Shown in pieces: positions 11,087 to 22,400 of a stretch of DNA of 64,000 nt. A program made the translations under genes and the position numbers. Origin of the DNA: Eledone cirrhosa (lineage: Eukaryota); NCBI GenBank assembly GCA_964016885.1, contig OZ024743.1, positions 337,652,001 to 337,716,000 of the forward strand. Reading direction: 5' to 3'. The notes beneath the pieces are model-generated. The model searched no databases and was not told the origin of the DNA. It saw only the letters and a program-made list of their open reading frames with translations. Position 1 is the stretch's first letter. Each line of letters starts with the position of its first letter.

Positions 11087-11121
<35 letters not shown>

Positions 11122-11124
<3 letters not shown>

Positions 11125-11247
11125 CGTTGACAAATATATCAATATGCCCAGACATGTAGATATATTGCCCTTGGTATATGACAGTGTGGATGAAACACTG
11201 TTAGCTAATAAAACAATGTATTTCTAGGCACTCTTTGGTTATTCCTA

Positions 11248-11251
<4 letters not shown>
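11122..11251 (+). mobile_element. Short (TA)n-flanked relative of the 9102-9232 cassette, HHR 5' core lost
   Basis: attgccct...gaaacactgttagctaataaa...atgtatt...ggc..tctttggtt aligns with 9145-9225. Confidence 0.6.
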
Positions 11252-11279
<28 letters not shown>

Positions 11280-12032
11280 CTAGCAGAGTAGCCCGGCGTT
11301 GCTCGGGATTTGCTATAGGGTTCTTATATATTTGATATATATTTATCCTTATCGAACCTCGTGAAATAAATACGTTTGTTTATATTTTGTTATTGTGTAT
11401 GCAAAAATATCTGTCCATAAATATATAATTATATATATATATATATTAAAATAACAGACTAAAGTTTAAGCAAAGAATCACTGCTTTCACCCTTAACGCA
11501 GTATGAAGTACATACACTAAGACTAATTGATGTAATCTTTGGCCTTGTTTGTTTATATTTTGTTTTTGTGTATGCAAAAATATCTGTACACGAATATCTA
11601 TATTAAAATAACATATTAATGTTTAAGCAAAGAATCGCTGCTTTCAAACTTAACGGGATCTTCTTAAACTAAAAAAATCAATCTGGAAAACAGGAAGACG
11701 ATACTTTGGTTCGTGAAGACGTTCCCTGGCATAAAAATATATATACACACACACACTGATCGCGTCATAATGACGTAATGCAGACAGTCAGGCATACAGA
11801 CAGATATTATGAAGGCGCGACGTCATATCTATGTATCTATCTAAAAAGAGAAAGATTAAGAGAAAGAGAAAGAGATCGCTAAATCGCCTAATGCGGTCCC
11901 TAGTGCATTGAAAATTTGAAATTGTTTTTGCTCAAAACACTTCCGAGGTCATACGAGTTACATGTATAAAGTTTGAAAAAAACCGGTTGGGTACTTCTGG
12001 AGTTTTAGGGAAACAGACACACAGACATCCTC

Positions 12033-12040
<8 letters not shown>
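11280..12040 (-). mobile_element. Non-autonomous Helitron-like element inserted in (TA)n
   Basis: Minus-strand 3' end is CTAG|T, with a GC hairpin (cccggcgttgctcggg, 11292-11307) 8 nt inside. The other end reads ...cagacacacagacatcctctgttttatatat. It contains internal direct duplications (11374-11498 vs 11547-11657). Confidence 0.75.
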
Positions 12041-12088
<48 letters not shown>

Positions 12089-12401
12089 AACAAGGGGAGA
12101 AGAATACTGCATGGTTGCACATGGATTACATATTATAAAATTAGTCCCTCATCAGTGATTTGCCAACCATCATTGGTATTTCATCGCATTAAAAATCAGA
12201 TACCTCAGGTTGGTGCGAGCAATAACTAAAATAAGCTATTGGGACAAGTGAAACGCGTAAAGCGAGTGAGACAAGTAAACAACAGAAGGAAAAGCAAACC
12301 GAAGGTTGGGAAAACAGCAAGCAACATGATAGTTATCCGATCAGCATAATCTGGGTGAATTTCATGAGTGGTCAGAGAAGCAGACCGTACGCCGTGAATG
12401 C

Positions 12402-12407
12402 ATATAT

Positions 12408-12481
<74 letters not shown>

Positions 12482-12502
12482 GTATATATATATATACGTA
12501 TA
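12402..12502. repeat. (TA)n microsatellite
   Basis: Direct reading. Confidence 0.97.
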
Positions 12503-12669
12503 TGGTTCAGCTATTTTTATTTAGATCTCCTTCTAATTGTAGTTAGTGGGTAGGTGTTGTAGGGAGATTTTCATAGTGGTTATATGATTTGAAAACATTG
12601 GGAAAGACAAGCCAGATAATATTTCCAGCCCCACTGTCATGGAATTGTTCAATAAGACAGTTAGTGGCA

Positions 12670-13012
12670 GAGAAGTATAATCCACATTTTATTTAAAATA
12701 TGTGCCCAAATGTATACGTTTAATGATTTGCAGCCTAATTGGTAGAGTCGTTAGAAAGTCGGCTAGAAACCTCAGCACTGTTTGTTTTGGCTCTCTGAGT
12801 TCAAACCCTGCCGAGGTCAACTTTACCTTTCATTTTTCGAGATCGGTAAAGAAAGTATCATTGAAGTTCTAGGGTCTCTTTTTCACTTCCTCTCTATCAC
12901 CCATTAAATCGGCTGTGTTAAGACCTGGAGAGTGATTGCTTCCATCAAGTTTTAAATGCCCAAGAAACTCCATATGTCACTACGACGCGCTTATGACTCA
13001 ACCAGAAGTTAC
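12670..13012 (+). mobile_element. tRNA-derived SINE, near full length
   Basis: A-box-like tggtagagtcgtt, B-box-like gagttcaaacc, core ccgaggtcaactttacctttcat, tail tatgactcaaccagaagtt. Resembles octopus SINEs from recall. Confidence 0.8.
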
Positions 13013-13171
13013 TACTCCATAATACATACTATAACACAGATTTAAAACTCTGACTGTAACATTTGGTAGTTATATATACATTAGTGTGGAGACTTCTATC
13101 GTGAGGTTAACTGAACACAATCATTACTACTGAATATAATTGTAAATTATATTAATCGTTATTAAATAATT

Positions 13172-13482
13172 AGTCAGCGAATTGGTAGAGTCGTTAGAAA
13201 GTCGTAGGAAAATATTTGCAATATTCGTTCTGGATCTCTGCGCTTTGAGTTCAAATCTAACTGAGGCCAATTTTACGTTTCATTCTTTCAAAGGCGATTA
13301 ATAAAGTACCTGTCGTTTACTGGATTCGATTATTTTGCTATATCACTTTCCCTTTCTCTCTCGCTCTCTCAATATTTCTCAAAAATAAATCGACAGTGTT
13401 CAGACCTGAGGCAGATGGATACCACAAAATTTTAAATGCACCGTATGCAATGATGGCGTATCTATGACTCAACCAGGAGTTC
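13172..13482 (+). mobile_element. tRNA-derived SINE, near full length, abutting the satellite
   Basis: aattggtagagtcgttagaaagtcg, gagttcaaatc and tail tatgactcaaccaggagtt. Homologous to 12670-13012. Confidence 0.8.
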
Positions 13483-13495
13483 AGGGCACATAAAC

Positions 13496-16400
13496 TAGTT
13501 GAGGAGGTAGATGAAAGAGTAATATACTCTGGCTGGTTATTCTGTCCATGAAGTAGTTGAGGAGGTAGTTGAAACAGTAATATACTCTGGCTGGTTATTC
13601 TGTCCATGAAGTAGTTGAGGAGGTAGATGAAACAGTAATATACTCTGGCTGGTTATTCTGTCTATTAAGTAGTTGAGGAGGTAGATGAAAGAGTAATATA
13701 CTCTGGCTGGTTATTCTGTCCATGAAGTAGTTGAGGAGGTAGATGTAACAGTAATATACTCTGGCTGGTTATTCTGTCCATGAAGTAGTTGAGGAGCTAG
13801 ATGTAACAGTAATATACTCTGGCTGGTTATTCTGTCTATTAAGTAGTTGAGGAGGTAGATGTAACAGTAATATACTCTGGCTGGTTATTCTGTCTATTAA
13901 GTAGTTGAGGAGGTAGATGAAACAGTAATATACTCTGGCTGGTTATTCTGTCCATGAAGTAGTTGAGGAGGTAGATGTAACAGTAATATACTCTGGCTGG
14001 TTATTCTGTCTATTAAGTAGTTGAGGAGGTAGATGTAACAGTAATATACTCTGGCTGGTTATTCTGTCTATTAAGTAGTTGAGGAGGTAGATGAAACAGT
14101 AATATACTCTGGCTGGTTATTCTGTCTATTAAGTAGTTGAGGAGGTAGATGAAACAGTAATATACTCTGCCTGGTTATTCTGTCTATTAAGTAGTTGAGG
14201 AGGTAGATGAAACAGTAATATACTCTGGCTGGTTATTCTGTCCATGAAGTAGTTGAGGAGGTAGATGAAAGAGTAATATACTCTGGCTGGTTATTCTGTC
14301 CATGAAGTAGTTGAGGAGGTAGATGAAACAGTAATATACTCTGGCTGGTAATTCTGTCCATGAAGTAGTTGAGGAGGTAGATGAAACAGTAATATACTCT
14401 GGCTGGTTATTCTGTCTATTAAGTAGTTGAGGAGGTAGATGAAAGAGTAATATACTCTGGCTGGTTATTCTGTCCATGAAGTAGTTGAGGAGGTAGATGT
14501 AACAGTAATATACTCTGGCTGGTTATTCTGTCCATGAAGTAGTTGAGGAGCTAGATGTAACAGTAATATACTCTGGCTGGTTATTCTGTCTATTAAGTAG
14601 TTGAGGAGGTAGATGTAACAGTAATATACTCTGGCTGGTTATTCTGTCTATTAAGTAGTTGAGGAGGTAGATGAAACAGTAATATACTCTGGCTGGTTAT
14701 TCTGTCCATGAAGTAGTTGAGGAGGTAGATGTAACAGTAATATACTCTGGCTGGTTATTCTGTCTATTAAGTAGTTGAGGAGGTAGATGTAACAGTAATA
14801 TACTCTGGCTGGTTATTCTGTCTATTAAGTAGTTGAGGAGGTAGATGAAACAGTAATATACTCTGGCTGGTTATTCTGTCTATTAAGTAGTTGAGGAGGT
14901 AGATGAAACAGTAATATACTCTGCCTGGTTATTCTGTCTATTAAGTAGTTGAGGAGGTAGATGAAACAGTAATATACTCTGGCTGGTTATTCTGTCCATG
15001 AAGTAGTTGAGGAGGTAGATGAAAGAGTAATATACTCTGGCTGGTTATTCTGTCTATTAAGTAGTTGAGGAGGTAGATGAAAGAGTAATATACTCTGGCT
15101 GGTTATTCTGTCCATGAAGTAGTTGAGGAGGTAGATGTAACAGTAATATACTCTGGCTGGTTATTCTGTCTATTAAGTAGTTGAGGAGGTAGATGAAACA
15201 GTAGTATACTCTGGCTGGTTATTCTGTCTATTAAGTAGTTGAGGAGGTAGATGAAACAGTAATATACTCTGCCTGGTTATTGTGTCTATTAAGTAGTTGA
15301 GGAGGTAGATGAAACAGTAATATACTCTGCCTGGTTATTCTGTCTAATAAGTAGTTGAGGGGTAGATGAAACAGTAATATACACTGACTGGTTATTCTGT
15401 CTATTAAGTAGTTGAGGAGGTAGATGAAACAGTAATATACTCTGCCTGGTTATTCTGTCTATTAAGTAGTTGAGGAGGTAGATGTAACAGTAATATACTC
15501 TGGCTGGTTATTCTGTCCATGAAGTAGTTGAGGAGGTAGATGAAACAGTAATATACTCTGGCTGGTTATTCTGTCTATTAAGTAGTTGAGGAGGTAGATG
15601 AAACAGTAATATACTCTGGCTGGTTATTCTGTCCATGAAGTAGTTGAGGAGGTAGATGAAACAGTAATATACTCTGCCTGGATATTCTGTCTATTAAGTA
15701 GTTGAGGAGGTAGATGAAACAGTAATATACTCTGGCTGGTTATTCTGTCTATTAAGTAGTTGAGGAGGTAGATGAAACAGTAATATACTCTGGCTGGTTA
15801 TTCTGTCTATTAAGTAGTTGAGGAGGTAGATGAAAGAGTAATATACTCTGGCTGGTTATTCTGTCCATGAAGTGGTTGAGGAGGTAGATGTAACAGTAAT
15901 ATACTCTGGCTGGTTATTCTGTCCATGAAGTAGTTGGGGAGGTAGATGAAACAGTAATATACTCTGGCTGGTTATTCTGTCTATTAAGTAGTTGAGGAGG
16001 TAGATGAAACAGTAATATACTCTGGCTGGTTATTCTGTCCATGAAGTAGTTGAGGAGGTAGATGAAACAGTAATATACTCTGGCTGGTTATTCTGTCTAT
16101 TAAGTAGTTGAGGAGGTAGATGTAACAGTAATATACTCTGGCTGGTTATTCTGTCTATTAAGTAGTTGAGGAGGTAGATGTAACAGTAATATACTCTGGC
16201 TGGTTATTCTGTCTATTAAGTAGTTGAGGGGGTAGATGAAACAGTAATATACTCTGGCTGGTTATTCTGTCCATGAAGTAGTTGAGGAGGTAGATGTAAC
16301 AGTAATATACTCTGGCTGGTTATTCTGTCTATTAAGTAGTTGAGGAGGTAGATGTAACAGTAATATACTCTGGCTGGTTATTCTGTCTATTAAGTAGTTG

Positions 16401-19400
16401 AGGAGGTAGATGAAACAGTAATATAATCTGGCTGGTTATTCTGTCTATTAAGTAGTTGAGGAGGTAGATGAAACAGTAATATACTCTGCCTGGTTATTCT
16501 GTCTATTAAGTAGTTGAGGAGGTAGATGAAACAGTAATATACTCTGGCTGGTTATTCTGTCCATGAAGTAGTTGAGGAGGTAGATGAAAGAGTAATATAC
16601 TCTGGCTGGTTATTCAGTCTATTAAGTAGTTGAGGAGGTAGATGAAAGAGTAATATACTCTGGCTGGTTATTCTGTCCATGAAGTAGTTGAGGAGGTAGA
16701 TGTAACAGTAATATACTCTGGCTGGTTATTCTGCCTATTAAGTAGTTGAGGAGGTAGATGAAACAGTAGTATACTCTGGCTGGTTATTCTGTCTATTAAG
16801 TAGTTGAGGAGGTAGATGAAACAGTAATATACTCTGCCTGGTTATTGTGTCTATTAAGTAGTTGAGGAGGTAGATGAAACAGTAATATACTCTGCCTGGT
16901 TATTCTGTCTAATAAGTAGTTGAGGGGTAGATGAAACAGTAATATACTCTGCCTGGTTATTCTGTCTATTAAGTAGTTGAGGAGGTAGATGAAACAGTAA
17001 TATACTCTGCCTGGTTATTCTGTCTATTAAGTAGTTGAGGAGGTAGATGTAACAGTAATATACTCTGGCTGGTTATTCTGTCCATGAAGTAGTTGAGGAG
17101 GTAGATGAAACAGTAATATACTCTGGCTGGTTATTCTGTCTATTAAGTAGTTGAGGAGGTAGATGAAACAGTAATATACTCTGGCTGGTTATTCTGTCCA
17201 TGAAGTAGTTGAGGAGGTAGATGAAACAGTAATATACTCTGGCTGGTTATTCTGTCTATTAAGTAGTTGAGGAGATAGGTGAAACAGTAATATACTCTGG
17301 CTGGTTATTCTGTCCATGAAGTAGTTGAGGAGGTAGATGTAACAGTAATATACTCTGGCTGGTTATTCTGTCTATTAAGTAGTTGAGGAGGTAGATGAAA
17401 CAGTAATATACTCTGCCTGGTTATTCTGTCTATTAAGTAGTTGAGGAGGTAGATGAAACAGTAATATACTCTGGCTGGTTATTCTGTCCATGAAGTAGTT
17501 GAGGAGGTAGATGTAACAGTAATATACTCTGGCTGGTTATTCTGTCCATGAAGTAGTTGAGGAGGTAGATGAAACAGTAATATACTCTGGCTGGTTATTC
17601 TGTCTATTAAGTAGTTGAGGAGGTAGATGAAACAGTAATATAATCTGGCTGGTTATTCTGTCTATTAAGTAGTTAAGGAGGTAGATGTAACAGTAATATA
17701 CTCTGGCTGGTTATTCTGTCCATGAAGTAGTTGAGGAGGTAGATGTAACAGTAATATACTCTGGCTGGTTATTCTGTCTATTAAGTAGTTGAGGAGGTAG
17801 ATGTAACAGTAATATACTCTGGCTGGTTATTCTGTCTATTAAGTAGTTGAGGAGCTAGATGTAACAGTAATATACTCTGGCTGGTTATTCTGTCTATTAA
17901 GTAGTTGAGGAGGTAGATGTAACAGTAATATACTCTGGCTGGTTATTCTGTCTATTAAGTAGTTGAGGAGGTAGATGAAACAGTAATATACTCTGGCTGG
18001 TTATTCTGTCTATTAAGTAGTTGCGGAGGTAGATGAAACAGTAATATACTCTGGCTGGTTATTCTGTCTATTAAGTAGTTGAGGAGGTAGATGAAACAGT
18101 AATATACTCTGGCTGGTTATTCTGTCTATTAAGTAGTTGAGGAGGTAGATGAAACAGTAATATACTCTGGCTGGTTATTCTGTCCATGAAGTAGTTGAGG
18201 AGGTAGATGAAACAGTAATATACTCTGGTTGGTTATTCTGTCCATGAAGTAGTTGAGGAGGTAGATGAAACAGTAATATACTCTGGCTGGTTATTCTGTC
18301 TATTAAGTACCTGAGGAGGTAGATGTAACAGTAATATACTCTGGCTGGTTATTCTGTCTATTAAGTAGTTGAGGAGGTAGATGAAACAGTAATATACTCT
18401 GCCTGGTTATTCTGTCCATGAAGTAGTTGAGGAGGTAGATGAAACATTAATATACTCTGGCTGGTTATTCTGTCTATTAAGTAGTTGAGGAGGTAGATGA
18501 AACAGTAATATACTCTGCCTGGTTATTCTGTCCATGAAGTAGTTGAGGAGGTAGATGAAACAGTAATATACTCTTGCTGGTTATTCTGTCTATTAAGTAG
18601 TTGAGGAGGTAGATGTAACAGTAATATACTCTGGCTGGTTATTCTGTCCATGAAGTAGTTGAGGAGGTAGATGTAACAGTAATATACTCCGGCTGGTTAT
18701 TCTGTCTATTAAGTAGTTGAGGAGGTAGATGTAACAGTAATATACTCTGGCTGGTTATTCTGTCTATTAAGTAGTTGAGGAGGTAGATGTAACAGTAATA
18801 TACTCTGGCTGGTTATTCTGTCTATTAAGTAGTTGAGGAGGTAGATGTAACAGTAATATACTCTGCCTGGTTATTCTGTCTATTAAGTAGTTGAGGAGGT
18901 AGATGAAACAGTAATATACTCTGGCTGGTTATTCTGTCCATGAAGTAGTTGAGAAGGTAGATGAAACAGTAATATACTCTGGCTGGTTATTCTGTCTATT
19001 AAGTAGTTGAGGAGGTAGATGAAACAGTAATATACTCTGGCTGGTTATTCTGTCTATTAAGTAGTTGAGGAGGTAGATGAAACAGTAATATACTCTGGCG
19101 CTGGTTATTCTGTCTATTAAGTAGTTGAGGAGGTAGATGAAACAGTAATATACTCTGGCTGGTTATTCTGTCTATTAAGTAGTGGAGGAGGTAGATGTAA
19201 CAGTAATATACTCTGGCTGGTTATTCTGTCCATGAAGTAGTTGAGGAGGTTGATGAAACAGTAATATACTCTGGGTGGTTATTCTGTCTATTAAGTAGTT
19301 GAGGAGGTAGATGTAACAGTAATATACTCTGCCTGGTTATTCTGTCTATTAAGTAGTTGAGGAGGTAGATGAAACAGTAATATACTCTGGCTGGTTATTC

Positions 19401-22400
19401 TGTCTATTAAGTAGTTGAGGAGGTAGATGTAACAGTAATATACTCTGGCTGGTTATTCTGTCTATTAAGTAGTTGAGGAGGTAGATGAAACAGTAATATA
19501 CTCTGGCTGGTTATTCTGTCTATTAAGTAGTTGAGGAGGTAGATGTAACAGTAATATACTCTGTCTGGTTATTCTGTCTATTAAGTAGTTGAGGAGGTAG
19601 ATGTAACAGTAATATACTCTGGCTGGTTATTCTGACCATGAAGTAGTTGAGGAGGTAGATGTAACAGTAATATACTCTGGCTGGTTATTCTGTCTATTAA
19701 GTAGTTGAGGAGGTAGATGTAACAGTAATATACTCTGGCTGGTTATTCTGTCTATTAAGTAGTTGAGGAGGTAGATGAAACAGTAATATACTCTGCCTGG
19801 TTATTGTGTCTATTAAGTAGTTGAGGAGGTAGATGAAACAGTAATATACTCTGCCTGGTTATTCTGTCTAATAAGTAGTTGAGGGGTAGATGAAACAGTA
19901 ATATACTCTGCCTGGTTATTCTGTCTATTAAGTAGTTGAGGAGGTAGATGAAACAGTAATATACTCTGCCTGGTTATTCTGTCTATTAAGTAGTTGAGGA
20001 GGTAGATGTAACAGTAATATACTCTGGCTGGTTATTCTGTCCATGAAGTAGTTGAGGAGGTAGATGAAACAGTAATATACTCTGGCTGGTTATTCTGTCT
20101 ATTAAGTAGTTGAGGAGGTAGATGAAACAGTAATATACTCTGGCTGGTTATTCTGTCCATGAAGTAGTTGAGGAGGTAGATGAAACAGTAATATACTCTG
20201 GCTGGTTATTCTGTCTATTAAGTAGTTGAGGAGATAGGTGAAACAGTAATATACTCTGGCTGGTTATTCTGTCCATGAAGTAGTTGAGGAGGTAGATGAA
20301 ACAGTAATATACTCTGCCTGGTTATTCTGTCTATTAAGTACTTGAGGAGGTAGATGAAACAGTAATATACTCTGGCTGGTTATTCTGTCCATGAAGTAGT
20401 TGAGGAGGTAGATGTAACAGTAATATACTCTGGCTGGTTATTCTGTCCATGAAGTAGTTGAGGAGGTAGATGAAACAGTAATATACTCTGGCTGGTTATT
20501 CTGTCTATTAAGTAGTTGAGGAGGTAGATGAAACAGTAATATAATCTGGCTGGTTATTCTGTCTATTAAGTAGTTAAGGAGGTAGATGTAACAGTAATAT
20601 ACTCTGGCTGGTTATTCTGTCCATGAAGTAGTTGAGGAGGTAGATGTAACAGTAATATACTCTGGCTGGTTATTCTGTCTATTAAGTAGTTGAGGAGGTA
20701 GATGTAACAGTAATATACTCTGGCTGGTTATTCTGTCTATTAAGTAGTTGAGGAGCTAGATGTAACAGTAATATACTCTGGCTGGTTATTCTGTCTATTA
20801 AGTAGTTGAGGAGGTAGATGTAACAGTAATATACTCTGGCTGGTTATTCTGTCTATTAAGTAGTTGAGGAGGTAGATGAAACAGTAATATACTCTGGCTG
20901 GTTATTCTGTCTATTAAGTAGTTGCGGAGGTAGATGAAACAGTAATATACTCTGGCTGGTTATTCTGTCTATTAAGTAGTTGAGGAGGTAGATGAAACAG
21001 TAATATACTCTGGCTGGTTATTCTGTCTATTAAGTAGTTGAGGAGGTAGATGAAACAGTAATATACTCTGGCTGGTTATTCTGTCCATGAAGTAGTTGAG
21101 GAGGTAGATGAAACAGTAATATACTCTGGTTGGTTATTCTGTCCATGAAGTAGTTGAGGAGGTAGATGAAACAGTAATATACTCTGGCTGGTTATTCTGT
21201 CTATTAAGTACCTGAGGAGGTAGATGTAACAGTAATATACTCTGGCTGGTTATTCTGTCTATTAAGTAGTTGAGGAGGTAGATGAAACAGTAATATACTC
21301 TGCCTGGTTTTTCTGTCCATGAAGTAGTTGAGGAGGTAGATGAAACATTAATATACTCTGGCTGGTTATTCTGTCTATTAAGTAGTTGAGGAGGTAGATG
21401 AAACAGTAATATACTCTGCCTGGTTATTCTGTCCATGAAGTAGTTGAGGAAGTAAATGAAACAGTAATATACTCTTGCTGGTTATTCTGTCTATTAAGTA
21501 GTTGAGGAGGTAGATGTAACAGTCATATACTCTGGCTGGTTATTCTGTCCATGAAGTAGTTGAGGAGGTAGATGTAACAGTAATATACTCCGGCTGGTTA
21601 TTCTGTCTATTAAGTAGTTGAGGAGGTAGATGTAACAGTAATATACTCTGGCTGGTTATTCTGTCTATTAAGTAGTTGAGGAGGTAGATGTAACAGTAAT
21701 ATACTCTGGCTGGTTATTCTGTCTATTAAGTAGTTGAGGAGGTAGATGAAACAGTAATATACTCTGGCTGGTTATTCTGTCCATGAAGTAGTTGAGAAGG
21801 TAGATGAAACAGTAATATACTCTGGCTGGTTATTCTGTCTATTAAGTAGTTGAGGAGGTAGATGAAACAGTAATATACTCTGGCTGGTTATTCTGTCTAT
21901 TAAGTAGTTGAGGAGGTAGATGAAACAGTAATATACTCTGGCTGGTTATTCTGTCTATTAAGTAGTTGAGGAGGTAGATGAAACAGTAATATACTCTGGC
22001 TGGTTATTCTGTCTATTAAGTAGTGGAGGAGGTAGATGTAACAGTAATATACTCTGGCTGGTTATTCTGTCCATGAAGTAGTTGAGGAGGTAGATGAAAC
22101 AGTAATATACTCTGGCTGGTTATTCTGTCTATTAAGTAGTTGAGGAGGTAGATGTAACAGTAATATACTCTGCCTGGTTATTCTGTCTATTAAGTAGTTG
22201 AGGAGGTAGATGAAACAGTAATATACTCTGGCTGGTTATTCTGTCTATTAAGTAGTTGAGGAGGTAGATGTAACAGTAATATACTCTGGCTGGTTATTCT
22301 GTCTATTAAGTAGTTGAGGAGGTAGATGAAACAGTAATATACTCTGGCTGGTTATTCTGTCTATTAAGTAGTTGAGGAGGTAGATGTAACAGTAATATAC

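Larger units (their letters stand above)
10740..11093. mobile_element. Fold-back element, copy 2 (palindrome 10740-11030), (TA)n on both sides
   Basis: ~143-bp near-perfect arms centred at ~10885 with a gatg loop. Segment 11031-11093 is the reverse complement of 4898-4960. Confidence 0.9.

Noticed and set aside
12670-13270. tRNA genes suggested by A/B boxes
   Set aside because: No cloverleaf can be formed, and the boxes continue into SINE core and tail sequences.
13500-13580. TGAGGAGGTAGATGTAACAGT resembles let-7 miRNA
   Set aside because: The seed differs (GAGGAGG vs GAGGTAG), only about 14 of 22 positions match, and there is no pre-miRNA hairpin with a star arm.
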